NCBI GenBank assembly: GCA_002269645.1
Contig: NIVC01000001.1
Coordinates: 1,674,001-1,738,000, forward strand
DNA: 64,000 nt
Source of the DNA: Macrostomum lignano
Lineage: Eukaryota
Direction of reading: 5' to 3'
Shown here one piece after another: positions 24,082 to 37,103 of this stretch. The position numbers were made by a program, and so were the translations under genes. Within the stretch, counting starts at the first letter, position 1; every line of letters begins with the position of its first letter. The notes below the pieces were generated by a model. That model had not been told where the DNA came from, did not search any database, and saw only the letters and a program-made list of their open reading frames with translations.

Positions 24082-27000
24082 TAATTAGGGTAGGCACTTC
24101 AGTGAGAAAATTAAATTTCAGAAATTGTTATAGGCTGCTATTTCACTAGATAGATCTTACTTTCCCATTTCCAAAATGGCCAAACTTTAGTGATTTGGTT
24201 GAGTAATAAGGAAACTACAGCTATTTTAGTAACCCCGATTTGTGCCTTTAGCCAATGGAATTTTTACATTACGGTTTGTGATCATTTTTGGCCAAAAAGT
24301 TGGCTTTTTGTCTTTGAACACTTGTAATTAATTTTCTAGCCAACCAAAATGACTGTGCTTGGTGTCATTTTGTTCAGTTTTTTAGTGTTAATTGTATGAA
24401 TTATATATTTTAATATTATTTTATATGCCCAAGTTGCTAAGCTAATTGAAACAGGATGGGTGTATGAAATTTTGACTATTTTAACCAGATACGCAATGAT
24501 TGCAATTTTAAAAATACAATAGCATCTGTTCTGCTTGCTTAATTTATACAAGGCTAGTGTCATTTTGTTCAGGTTTTTACCTACTATAATACTATTCTAC
24601 TTCTTGCCCTAAATTTTTAATGCATGACAGACACAGGGCTGTACAGATTGTTGAAGCAGTATAGGTGTATGAAAAATACATGTAGGTGTTATTTTGTAAC
24701 CAGATGGTCAGTAATTCTAATGATATAGGCTATACAATATTTTCTCATCAAACCAAACCTATTTTATTTATTTAGATGAGTTTTTATTTGATTTTTTATG
24801 CAGCTACAGCACTGCACTACTTGGACTCAGTACTTAACTTCAGCACTACCTAGGGCTAGGCTCCTAGTTACAATCCATGTCCAATCCGATTACCATCAGA
24901 GAGGCCATCCATCGGCTTGGCAATGGTGGCCAAACAGGGCCTGCTAAGGCAAACCCTGTGCTGAAAGCAATGGGAGTGCGAACTCGAGACATGGAAAAGA
25001 TCCCTGTCACTGCAAAGGAAGCGATTATTCGAAAGGTTCAGCACCATTCAAAGAAGGCCCAATTGCTGGCAAAAAGCCGTCATCGAGACAGCACCTCGCA
25101 AGCAAATTATGATGCTTTCATGGAGCAAGCGTTTGTGCTGCCAGAGTGCTGTCTTCCAATGCTGACGGCCAACAGCAGCACACCAACAGCAAGGAGACAG
25201 TCAGTGGCTACTGAGCCCCTTGGCGTTGCTGTGAATTCGTCGTCAGCTGGTGCAGCTGCCTGCAGCACGCCGCAGCCTAGCCCAGCTGCCTGCAGTACGC
25301 CGCAGCCTAGCCCAGCTGCCTGCAGAACGTCGCAGCCTAGCCAAACAGTGAAGCGCAACCGCCAGCCCTCTGGCTCTGGGCTTAGTCGTAGTGCCACGTT
25401 CGCTGGCTTCTCAGCCGAAGAGCTGAGTGGCATCAGTGCTGCAAAGCAGGCGAAACTGAGCGAAGAGATCGACGACTTGAAGGACCAACTGGCAGGCGCC
25501 GCAAAACTAATCTCCAGTCTGCAAAAGAAACTGCAAAAGCGCCCAGAAACTCGCGTCTGGAGGCAGCGTGAGCGACGCCTGCGATCGAAGATCGCCGAAC
25601 TGAAGAAACGGCTCAAGGTGTCGAGCGAGTGCCAAAGCGAAGCCGCCCGCCGCCGCAAAGTGCTTCGCATGCGTGTGAGACGGCGTCGTCAAGCTGTGAG
25701 CCATGCAGCTGAGACGGCGAAACGACTGCGTCACGAGGTGCGTGAGCTACACAATCAGCTCTGCGAAAGCTCTGCGCAACTCGAAGGCGCCGGTGACTTC
25801 AGCCTCACGACGATGGAGTCTAGGGAGAAGGGTGGCGTCCAGTTTACCAACAAAGTAATCGCTACCTGCGTCAATCTGGTGCTCGACTGCCAGGTGCCCG
25901 TCCAGCAGACTTCGGAGACAATCGCTGTGGTCTTGCGTGATCTGCTGGACGTTGACGTTCAAGACCTAAGACTCCCGTCACCGGCCACAATCAGTAGCAT
26001 ATGTTACTGCGTCGGCAGCAGTTTGTCTAAGGCATCTGCAATGGAAAAGCTGCTGCAGCGGAGTGGTGAAGAGCAGCCCTTCACCATCATGACAGACGCT
26101 ACGACGAAGAAGGGTCATCATTTCGCAGAGCTGCAGGTAAGGAAAATATGTATGTTTAGCAGCATACCTCTGATTCTGAGTGTTTTGTATGTCATACATT
26201 ATTTTTAATGTTTATTATTCACAGATTGCTACTGGTGACAGCCGGCCAGTCGCATTGGCCCTCACCGAGGTCGTTGGCGGCACGGCAGCCATTTATGCCG
26301 CAGAGCTCGAGTCCTCCGTCGGCGAGCTGGTGCGGCATTTCACTGATGTGATGATGAGCAACTGCAACGAGGCTGAGCGGCAGCGAATGAAGTCCGAAAT
26401 TCTGCTGCGGCTCAACTTCATGATGACCGATCGCCACATCGTCAACAAGTCACTGCTGGTAAGCTGATGTCCCAGTGACTGTTTTTAAGCAATCGGTTAA
26501 GCAATGAATCTTTACCTTATCCCAGGTACTTCTCAACGAGATGCGCCAGGCGATGGCAATCCAGCAGAACGTGGCCGTGCCCGCCGGCGTGACAGCTCTG
26601 TTCTGTGGCATGCACGCCATCGTGAATCTCGCCGCCGCCGCCGAGGCTGGACTCCGCGAGTACGAGAGCTGTGTGGTGGCGAAGCCGGTTGGCGCGGCTG
26701 CCCTGGCTGGCTTTCACGCGTCGAAGTCAGAGTCGGGAACGCAGCGACTTATCCGCACCGTCTGCAAGGCCTTCCACAGCCTGGGAAGCGAACAGTGCGG
26801 CGTTGCTGTCCCATTCCGCGCTTTTCTGGCGACACAAGGCGTTGCTAGCCTTCGGCTGGACGATTTTCGCGGCAACCGAGCCTATATTACTTTTCCAAAC
26901 GGCGGAAGCATATTCTGGCAGCGAGAGCTCTTCTGCACCTTCCTGTCCAGCTATTGCAGCTTGGGCCTCAACCGTCTTCTTCTAGCTGTGCAGGAAGATC

Positions 27001-28645
27001 TCTCCTCGCAGGTGCTGCTCAATGGCTGCCGGGCTCTCGGGATCCTGGACATCCTACTGATCAGGCCGCTCTGGGTGCTGCTGCGCTGCGACGGCATCAC
27101 GATTCTTGACATGAATGAGCGGTACGAGCGAGCCTGCGCTTGGCTAAGACGACTGGCGTCCGCGGAGATAAATTTGTCCACGGAAATGGACGGCCCCTTC
27201 CCAGAGCTCCACAACGCCGTGTTGAAGGACGCGACGCAGGATGTTTGGGAGTCTCTGACCTCGGACGAGAACTCTGCGCTGGACAATGAGATTGTCTGCC
27301 AGGCGCTGCAGGTCAGTGAGCATTGTTATTGACAAATTTTTGTCAAACTCATACTGTGAAAGCATGAGTGATGCGTGGTGCTTTTTTGGGTTCCAATTTC
27401 AAGGCTCAATATGATTCTTATTCCAGATTCTTGCGGCCCACATGGTCGTTCTGCTGGAGCGCGAAGTCAAAGACCACCTTCCTGGCGGCTCACTTCGCCA
27501 GTTGCCAGAGGACACAGCCAGGCTGGCAACCAACGCGCCCAAGGACAACGTCGCAGGCGAGCGGCTTTTCGCAGTGCTGGATAGATCGATGGTCGACAAG
27601 GCCAACATGAGACCAGGCGCTCGGGAGTCACTCGTGCTGTACGGCCAGAACGCCACGTCCGACTGGCTGACGTCAAAGGCAGCAGTTGAGAAGAACACCA
27701 TCCTTAGCCGGGCACGAAAGCTGGCGCCGCTCCTTGAAAAGCGCTGGAAGCATAATGCCGAAGCTCTCCGCCAGCAGCAGCAGGAGCGGTTTGAAGCGAA
27801 GGAGATTGAGAAGCAACGCAAGGAGGAGGCCTCTGCTGCAACCTTGCGCCGCCTGATCCTCGATGTTGGTTTCTGCGGCGGCCTGTGGTCGACTGTTGAA
27901 CACTTGTTGAGCAATGTAATGTGCTGTACAGGCTTTGCGCATGGGTTTATTAAAAAACGGTTTTGCCTATCGTGTTCAGCATAGCAGAATTAGTTAAATG
28001 ACACAGAGAACTAGTTTGCCGGAAGGCAGAGTCTCACAAAAAACATGAAATACACGTTTCAATGGGTATTTTACATGTAAACGTATCAAAAAAAGAAACC
28101 TCCACAAAATTTTTGCGCCTATAGCTATTGGCAAGCAGTTTTTTTTACTGTGCTTGTATTGTCAATAGGTAATGAAAAATATAAAGAGAAACAATGCAGG
28201 AAAAGGATTTCATGGAAAATTTTGGATTTGAAATTTTGCATAGAGCCATATGGGCATTAAAAGAAAAAAAAAATTTTTTTAACATCAGAAAAATGTTTCT
28301 AAATTATCCCTTTACACTATAAAACCTTTGTTTCCATTATAAGAAACACATTGCAGCTAAGAAAAAGCATTTTCTGAACCACTGTTTTTTTATTCATTTT
28401 GGCTTCAATTTTATATTCCTCCTAAAAAATGGTCAACTTTAAAAATAGACAGTGCAAAAAGTATAACAAAGCTAGACTTGCAGTTGGTGTCATTTGAAAG
28501 AGCTCCTTTTTACCTTTTAAATGCATATTTTACTTTCATCCTGGCTTCTATAGTTTCTTTAAAATCGCCCTTGAAAAATTGGACTTTTTTCTTACTTTTT
28601 TGCCATTGGCACGCACTTCTTATAACTCACTGAAGTCCCTAATTA
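24082..28645 (+). mobile_element. Putative autonomous-type hAT-superfamily-related DNA transposon, about 4.5 kb
   Basis: Encloses the transposase gene. Imperfect terminal IR TAATTAGGG[TAGGC]ACTTCAGTGAG (24082-24106) versus CTCACTGAAGTCCCTAATTA (28626-28645). No 8-bp TSD found, so the ends are tentative. Confidence 0.5.
24877..27984 (+). CDS. DDE transposase-like protein with CxxH motif, about 945 aa, three spliceosomal introns
   Basis: Exons 24877-26136, 26225-26458, 26526-27311, 27427-27984 (introns 88, 67 and 115 nt, all GT-AG phase 0, no internal stops). Candidate catalytic motifs IMTDATT, MTDRHIVN, FCGMHAIVN, FRGNRAY, NVAGERLFA parallel hAT D..TDNAAN..CxAH..TRW..ERxFS. Confidence 0.8.
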
Positions 28646-31008
28646 GGGTCTAAAATAAAAACATTTTATAAGGTCTGCTAAAAATGTTCAATACATTTTA
28701 AATTATATATATAATATAATATAGTAAATTATAATTACTTATATGTTACAATATTAGTTTTGTACAAAGCTTTGTCTTATCCCTACCCAACCCCACTAGG
28801 CCTACGCCTACTATGTGCCAGTGTCAGCCTATATTCTTCTCCTATGGCTATGCAGGTTATCATTATACTATTGTCTATTTGTAGTGTGAGGAAAAAGCAT
28901 AGGCTAGGTAAAGTATTGACATACAAAATCTAAAATAAAATTGTCAGTGAGTGATGCTTCCTGCTTTGCAGAATTGCAGATAAAGTAAATTAAACAAGAG
29001 ACAGCTGACAGAGTAGGCCTAGACCCAAAGTCTGACACTTTATTGAGCATCTGTGTGACTGTGTCCCATACGCTACTCCATACTGATCTCGCTGCAACTT
29101 TCCACAGTTCCACATGTTGATACTGCCAGACCACGATAAACAGGAGAAATTTTTCTAGTCAAATTTTGCAGTGAGGCAAATTCTAAAATTCTATTTTTTT
29201 CTAGGAATGTGTGAGTGCAGTATAGCAAAGTAGCCAGCAAAGAAGCATTCTTTGCTTAATATTTAATTTTAATTACAATTTTCTACAACCCATATTGCTT
29301 AAGCTTATTTTTACAAATAAATTTTTCTTCTACGTAAGACATGGCATTAAGTGTTTCTAGACATTTCTACCATCACCACCACCGCGCTGCGCTGATGGTA
29401 TAAAAAGATCGTAGAAGTAGAGCATGAACTCATTTACCTGCATAACAACACAACAATACTCACTTACTCACTCACAGCCATAGCTTTAAGAGTTAAGGCC
29501 AATGAGTAGGCCCTAATCAATTTTTAAATATAGTGCCTATAACTCATCATATGAGCCTGTTTTTTAGATTTTAATTTAGTAGGCATTTATTGTGTTTTCT
29601 CTTCTCACTTTTTTGCCATTGGCCATTGACTTCCTGGCTTCCCATAGCCATTTGGTTCTGGTTCAACACTCCAACTGGGTTATTAAGCCAAGTATAAGTA
29701 TCAAGTGTGATTTTAGTTAGGCCTAGGCCTAGGGTCTATCTGAATTGTTCTAAGTTTTTTAAGCCTTTGATTCAATTGTTAAATCTGTTTCAAGTCTATT
29801 AAAATATTTTTAAATTATCTAAACCATCTGAAGTTACTATCAGTGTCAGAAATACAAGGGGTAGCAATTCACTTTGCCAAAAGTTGATCTGCCAAAATTC
29901 AATTTGTTGAAATTGAAAGCAGGCTATTTTGGCTTTTTCCAAACAAGTTATGATATAGGTCCAGGTTGTAAAATAAACAAATAGGCCCCTAGGCCTTAAT
30001 AAATAATTGTCATATAAATTGAACACATAAATTTGTATGTAATTAATAGGCCTAGTAATAATAATTATTATTATAATAGTTTTATAATAATTGTCTAATA
30101 TTATTGAATATTAAACTTCAAGTAGGGGCCTAGGCTTAGTCAACAATAATAGGCCTATTCATATAGAAGTTTTTTGCATTTTTAATCTAAAAACTAGTAT
30201 TTAATTTAGCTTTGTTTGTTTTATTGTACAATTTATATATATCTTAAATTCATATTGTCTAGATTCAAAAATAGGCCCTAGTATTATAATTTATAAGCCT
30301 CTACAAATGTGTTCTAGCCAATAAGCCAATTAGGGCCTTAGGGCCTAACCTGTTTCATAATTCAGTTCAACCTTGGACTTAGTCCTTCAAAAACTTGTTT
30401 TTTAAACATTTAAAATGCTTAAAAATCTTTCTAAATCTAAAGACCTTAGAAAATTTTTTGATGAAAATAGTAAAAGGAAATCATTCTATATATACTATTG
30501 ATGTATAGAACACCAAAGAAATCAAAGTATAATAAAACAAAGTAGACTTTAGAAATAGGCCTACAGTAACAGTAGGCCTAAGCATACTATTATTTAATAA
30601 AAAGGCTATGTATGACCCTCAAATTTTTGGAATGTTTCAAGGACTGGACAGTTGAATACTTAGATAGCCTAACTACTAAGACATTTATAAGAAAAGTTAT
30701 TCTAAGATTATGTACATATACATATTACATATATAGGAAAATCTAGGCCAATAGCAGATGACTTAATATATAATAAGAACACTAGGCCCTATCTCTATAT
30801 AATAATAAAATTACTAATATATTGAGAATGCTAGGGCTACTAATAAGTGTTAGGAACATTACCTTGCAGCAGAAGTAAGAAATACCTAGACCCATGCTTA
30901 GAAATAAAATCATATAAATCCATTTTTAGAACATTTTGAAAGGACAAAGGCCATAACCCCTTGGACAACTTTGGTAGAGGCACTTAGGATTTATAGAAAA
31001 GTTTAGCC

Positions 31009-31272
31009 CATACATGCGCAACTGCTGGCCGACCTGGCCGATCTGGCCACCATAAATTGTGGTGGACCAGGGGTAAGTCGCAAAAATGCCCAACCTAAAG
31101 AATAGACGGAGTACTAATTAGATGACGAGGCATTTAGCCCTAATAAGACAGTCATAGTTACTCCTGCCGTTTACCCAAAATTGCGTTAATGTTTATTTTA
31201 CAGGTAAGTCGCATTTTTGGTCGAAAAGTAAGTCGCATGGCCAGTGTAAATCAGGGGGGTTGCGCATGTATG
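31009..31272. mobile_element. 264-bp MITE with CA termini (P-like or hAT; element D)
   Basis: 14-bp TIR CATACATGCGCAAC. 8-bp TSD GTTTAGCC (31001-31008 / 31273-31280). Confidence 0.85.
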
Positions 31273-31733
31273 GTTTAGCCCCATTACAACTTGGTTTCAG
31301 CAGTAAGATCAGTTAAGAAGATAGAACTATTAGGCCTATAAAATAAACTTATAAACAAATACCATAAAATGTTAGAATGAAAGTTTTGTTTTCCTATCTA
31401 TGTCCTGCACTATTGCATTTGCATACTCCATTAAAAAGTGTCTTTCAATAGGCTCTAGGCCCCATTTTAGCTCAATTGTAAAATAAGTTTATTGAAGACA
31501 AACAATTCAATATCAATTTCTTTGTAATGAGTGATTAATGTTGTGATGTTCCTGGCAAAATGCATCTTTGGTAAATTTATTTTTTGCCATTGGCCTGCAT
31601 TCAAGTTACTGTATTTTGGGTTTTGTATAGTTTGCATATTATCAATTGAGAGTAAGATTTTGACTTGTAATGTTGATATAAACACCTAATAATTTGTCAT
31701 TATTGGAAATTTCCGCAGCTCTAATCAGTTGTA

Positions 31734-32300
31734 ATGGCATCTTCAAGCAGTGAGCCGCCCTCATTGGACGCCATGCTAAACAGTCTGGTGTACATTGTAG
31801 AAGCACACAAGGCCCACGTTAAGACCAGGCGAGATTGGGGGCTACTGTTTGCTCATTGCTACCTGCTAGCCACCGAATTCTCCTTTGTTGGCCTGCAGCC
31901 GCAGCGAGAGCAGCAGCAACAGCAGGCGTCAGCATCGTCTGGACGATCGCCGATGCTCCCAGCCGAGTGCTGGTCAGACAGCGGCCGAGGCGAAGACGTT
32001 GTCTTGGTTTATCGACACAAGCGCCGCTCTGCTGACCAACAGGAAGCGGACAACAGCAGCTGCTACATGCTTGGCCTCGTGCCAATGGGCTCCGATCTGA
32101 TTGTGTCACTGTCGCACCGGGACACCGCAGCCAGCTGCACCATCAGCGCCGACCTACTGGCTGCGGTTGATGCAGCTGCTACCGATAATGACGACTGTCT
32201 TCGCCGCGCTTATCCAGCCGTTGAACGGCTGCATCGCCTGCTGTGGGACCAGCTGTTTCTCAGACTGGCTCCTTTCAGGACTCAGCAGCAGCAACAGCAA

Positions 32301-32332
<32 letters not shown>

Positions 32333-32747
32333 ACAGACCCCAATCCCCATGCCGCATCATCCCCTCCCTGGATCGCCTCAGCCTCTGCCCCAGCCGATGC
32401 GGCCTCAAGCCACCAATCCATTCGACTACGGCCGCGCCGATCTCGACCCGTTTGGCGGCGCCGGCGGCGGCATGCGCTTTGATCCTCTGCGAATCGGACA
32501 GCCCAGACGAGCCGGGCCGCCCCTGCTTGACCCGTCCGGCCGGCCGCTGCCGCCTGGCGCGGTGCCGCCCGGCGCCCGGTTCGACCCGTTCGGCCCGGGC
32601 GGGCCAGGCCAGCCGGGCGGATTCGCCGATCCCGACCCGGATAATCTGCGCCCGCCTGGCTGGGGCGCTGGCCACGAAGGCGGCTTCGGCCGGGGCGGCG
32701 GCGGCTTTGGGGGTGGCGGTTTCGGAGGCGGAAACTTTTATATGTGA
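31734..32747 (+). CDS. PSMF1: Proteasome inhibitor PI31, single coding exon, 337 aa
   Basis: N-terminal FP-domain-like region (LFAHCYLLATEFSFVG..MLPAECW). Pro-rich C-terminus with YGRADLDPF and LPPGAVPPGARFDPFGP..PDPDNLRPP. Poly-Q insertion. Confidence 0.92.
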
Positions 32748-32894
32748 CTGACGGCCGATCACAACTGATAGGTTCTTGCTGGAGCCATACAAATAATTCG
32801 TACCCCATACTGGTGTGACTGTAAAGGGATTTTCCTTGATTCGAAATATCCCACAGATACTGGTTGAATTACGGATGGGTTTGACTGAAAAGGT

Positions 32895-33060
32895 ATTTAC
32901 GAACGTGGATTCGAAATGTCCCATGGATACTGATGGGATAGCGGTGGTGATTTACCTGGATCCGAAATATTCCATGGATACTGATTGGATAGCGGTGGGG
33001 ATTTACCTGGATTCGAAATATTCCATAGATACTGATTGGAGTTCAGTGGGGATTCAGCGC
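32895..33060. repeat. 51-bp tandem repeat, about 3 copies, 3' of PSMF1
   Basis: Unit ggattcgaaatattccatggatactgattggatagcggtggggatttacct. Confidence 0.85.
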
Positions 33061-33419
33061 GTGAATAACACATTGAGCTGTATTTACAGTGTATAGTAGT
33101 CAAAATGAACACTTGGCTGGTTAGTGTTCTGTTCCTATAATTAATTTTATTTGCTTCGCCTCTTGTCTATTTCAGTTAAAATCCCAACCTGAATACTGCG
33201 TCATCAGATGTGACTATTTTCATTTTCGGAATGTAAAAAAGTATTTTTTGTTTCGTTTTTTTCTAAGAAAGCCATTGTGGTGCCAGTTTACAACCCGCAT
33301 TAAATCATTGGTTTCAGTTAAGTGTACTCTTTTCTGCGCCTTTTTTACTTTTTTTTAATTTACAGTCCACACACAATTTAAAATTTTTGCGACCTATTAG
33401 GATTTTTTGAAGGCCATCA

Positions 33420-33640
33420 GGGGTTGTAGCCTAGTGGTTAGAGCGCGTCGGACTCACGGCTTAAAGATCGGGGGTTCGATTCCCGATCCCACCTGAACGA
33501 TTTGTGTCCTTGAGCAAAGACGCTTACTTAAGACACTCGACTATGCATCGCTTCAGTTCACCCAGCTGTAAAATGGATGCCAGCATTAGCTGGGGTAACT
33601 GAGGGTGCGTGTGGCGACTGCCTGGTCCTTGGAATGTAAA
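33420..33640 (+). mobile_element. tRNA-derived SINE with a conserved-core-type body
   Basis: A box TAGCCTAGTGG (33427-33437) and B box GGTTCGATTCC (33473-33483). Body TGTGTCCTTGAGCAAAGAC and CACCCAGCTGTAAAATGG resembles, from memory, conserved SINE central domains (V/Deu/Nin type). The cloverleaf is degenerate. Confidence 0.85.
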
Positions 33641-33901
33641 AAATCATCCATTTTGAGTGCATAAAATGTACAATTTTTATCTTGCTATTGTATTGTAAGT
33701 GAAATTGAGCCTTTTAATGCAGCTACAGCATCCCTGTATTTCTGTCACAGAATGTTGAACTGTAGCTCAATGAGCTAATTTCCTACTGTGCTTGTCTAGA
33801 CAAGGGTGAGGTAACCACCCGAAATTCAGCTGCGTACTAACCGCTGTCAACTTAGCTTAACTTGCTTTGCATTGCATGCTGCATTATTCGTTAATAACGA
33901 G

Positions 33902-34916
33902 ATGACCGACTCAACTGAGCAACAGCAGCCAACTCGGCCTCGCATTGACTGGTATCAAACAGACGCTTACATCTCAATCTCCGTATTCGTCAAAGGCGTT
34001 GTCAATGACAACACAGCTAGCGGAGTCATTGGAAACGATGGTTGCGAATTTTCGCTGAGCTACACAGCTCCAACTGGCTCTGCTGGCGATCCAGCCAGTT
34101 TGAGTTCGAGTTGTCTGAAGCTCAACCTAGCTCACCCGGTTGCCGGGGACAGCCTGCAGCTGAGCGTTAAGCCCACTAGGCTCGATATTCGAGTGAACAA
34201 ACAGCAGCCAGGCCTCCGGTGGGGAGTTCTTGAGGGCTCCGACAGCAGCCTGCAGGCCACTCTGGCTTCTCCTCAGGCCCAGTCTGGCCAGCCAGCGCCG
34301 CCTGTCGAACAGAAACCTCCGCAACAGGTAAGTTTGAGAGCAGAGCAGCTCTAATCGCTTGTCTGGATAATATGGAAGCAGAGGTGAACAACTCTGCTGT
34401 AGATGACTCAGAGCGCTGTTTTTTACCTGATTTCAACCCAAAATATCCACATACCAAGCTCTGACTGTTTATTAGCTCCTTATCAATTGTCAACTTTGAG
34501 TAATATGTTGTGAGTCTGCAGACTTCTGCAACTGATCTCTGAGGGTCAAAAAGTCTTGGAAGTGTTACGAATAGGGTATAGATGCTGGTATTTATTGCAA
34601 TTCGAACCCAGGATGCTTAAAAAAGCCATCCTTAAGCTGGATTTTATTTAAAAAAATGATTTCCAAACCGCAGGGCAAAAACTGGGACGCCATTGCCAAG
34701 TCCATCGAGGATGAAAAGCTCGAAGGCGACGCGGCGCTCAACGACCTGTTTCAGAAGATCTACAGCGACGGCACAGACGAGCAGCGCAAAGCCATGGTGA
34801 AAAGCTTCACCGAGAGTGGCGGCACCGTGCTGTCAACCAACTGGCAGGATGTGAACAAAGGCAAAGTTGAGGTCAAGCCGCCCGATGGCATGGAATACAA
34901 AAAATGGGACTCGTGA
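33902..34916 (+). CDS. SUGT1: SGT1 co-chaperone (CS + SGS domains, no TPR)
   Basis: Exons 33902-34327 and 34674-34916 (phase 0). CS: [18 protein letters not shown]: [55 protein letters not shown]. Confidence 0.92.
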
Positions 34917-35339
34917 ACTTCTGCCTACTCTGTCTGCTCACTGTTCAATAAGCCATATCTCATTCGCTTTTGAGAAAAACACGCGGGATTTTTTTCACCT
35001 TATCAGCTTCTTCTGTGTAAGTTGGCCCCGTGGCTGTCGTGGAAGAACCTTAGCTTATGTGTTAAGCAACATTTATCTATTGTTATCCAGTTTTGCCAAT
35101 GTTGTTAATTATCGCTGACTACTTATAGTAGCTTCGTAGCTAAATACAACAACCTGGAAACAATTATGTTGGCAAATTATTCTGTCAGTGAAATTTTCTA
35201 CCCTAACTATGTAAGTGAGTGCGCTGAAAAATAAATTTTATTGAACATTATTATAATTTCTGCTTGTTCCAGCTTACTTATTTTACAAGTAAAAGTGCGT
35301 TTTCGAAATTGTTTATTTTTGTGTTTAGATTTCTCATTG

Positions 35340-36885
35340 GGATCCACGTGTTTAGTGAGTCCTCCCTATTGTGATCCGTGTGTTTAGTGAGTCCTCCCCG
35401 TTGGGATCTGTGTGTTTAGTGAGTCCTCCCCGTTGGGATCTGTGTGTTTAGTGAGTCCTCCCCGTTGGGATCTGTGTGTTTAGTGAGTCCTCCCCGTTGG
35501 GATCCGTGTGTTTAGTGAGTCCTCCCCGTTGGGATCTGTGTGTTTAGTGAGTCCTCCCCGTTGGGATCCGTGTGTTTAGTGAGTTCTCCCCGTTGGGATC
35601 TGTGTGTTTAGTGAGTCCTCCCCGTTGGGATCTGTGTGTTTAGTGAGTCCTCCCCGTTGGGATCCGTGTGTTTAGTGAGTCCTCCCCGTTGGGATCTGTG
35701 TGTTTAGTGAGTCCTCCCCGTTGGGATCCGTGTGTTTAGTGAGTCCTCCCCGTTGGGATCTGTGTGTTTAGTGAGTTCTCCCCATTGTGATCTATGTGTT
35801 TGGTGAGTCCTCCCCATTGTGATCTGTGTTTGGTGAGTCCTCCCCATTGTGATCTGTGTTTGGTGAGTCCTCCCCATTGTGATCTGTGTGTTTAGTGAGT
35901 CCTCCCCGTTGGGATCTGTGTGTTTAGTGAGTTCTCCCCATTGTGATCTATGTGTTTGGTGAGTCCTCCCCATTGTGATCTGTGTTTGGTGAGTCCTCCC
36001 CATTGTGATCTGTGTGTTTAGTGAGTTCTCCCCATTGTGATCTATGTGTTTGGTGAGTCCTCCCCATTGTGATCTGTGTTTGGTGAGTCCTCCCCATTGT
36101 GATCTGTGTTTGGTGAGTCCTCCCCATTGTGATCTGTGTTTAGTGAGTCCTTCCTATTGGAATCCGTGTTTAGTGAGTTCTCCCCATTGTGATCTATGTG
36201 TTTGGTGAGTCCTTCCCATTGTGATCTGTGTTTGGTGAGTCCTCCCCATTGTGATCTATGTGTTTGGTGAGTCCTCCCCATTGTGATCTGTGTTTAGTGA
36301 GTTCTCCCCATTGTGATCTATGTGTTTGGTGAGTCCTTCCCATTGTGATCTGTGTTTGGTGAGTCCTCCCCATTGTGATCTGTGTTTGGTGAGTCCTCCC
36401 CATTGTGATCCGTGTTTAGTGAGTCCTCCACATTGTGATCTGTGTTTAGTGAGTCCTCCCCATTGTGATCTGTGTTTAGTGAGTCCTCCACATTGTGATC
36501 TGTGTTTAGTGAGTCCTTCCCATTGTGATCTGTGTTTGGTGAGTCCTCCCCATTGTGATCTGTGTTTGGTGAGTCCTCCACATTGTGATCTGTGTTTAGT
36601 GAGTCCTCCCCATTGTGATCTGTGTTTGGTGAGTCCTCCCCATTGTGATCTGTGTGTTTAGTGAGTCCTCCCCATTGTAATCTGTGTTTGGTGAGTCCTC
36701 CCCATTGTGATCTGTGTGTTTGGTGAGTCCTCCCCATTGTGATCTGTGTTTAGTGAGTCCTCCCCATTGTGATCTGTGTGTTTGGTGAGTCCTCCCCATT
36801 GTGATCTGTGTTTAGTGAGTCCTCCCCATTGTGATCTGTGTTTGGTGAGTCCTCCCCATTGTGATCTATGTGTTTGGTGAGTCCT
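35340..36885. repeat. 30/32-bp minisatellite, about 50 copies, between SGT1 and HIBCH
   Basis: Unit gtgagtcctcccc(gttggga/attgtga)tctgtg(tg)ttt(a/g). The left third and right two-thirds use different variants. Confidence 0.96.
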
Positions 36886-37103
36886 CGTTGTTGGGATCCT
36901 GAATCTTCATTGCGATTATTGTGTTTGGACTTTATAGTCATCTTTAGTCTTTATGCCTATAGACATAATTTTTATGTTTAGACTGTCTAAAGCCCTTGCC
37001 CAGCATAATGTAAAACGATGCGTTCCCCGAGAATTTCTGCTGCTACTTATAGAAGTAGTATCAGTAGTTATAATTAACTATCGCCCACCACGCCACACTA
37101 AAG

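Noticed and set aside
33420-33492. Functional tRNA gene
   Set aside because: A and B boxes are present, but the D, anticodon and acceptor stems are mismatched. It continues into a SINE body shared with 23535-23670 and has no poly-T terminator.
33860-33880. Spliced-leader RNA gene (TTGCATG resembles the flatworm SL 3' end)
   Set aside because: Only a 7-nt match, with no following GT donor or Sm site. No SL RNA or snRNA gene was recognised anywhere in the window.
37018-37077. ATG at 37018 (MRSPRISAATYRSS..) as the HIBCH start
   Set aside because: Different frame, and it stops after 19 codons. The nearby GT donors (37055, 37064) are phase 1 while the usable acceptors are phase 0.
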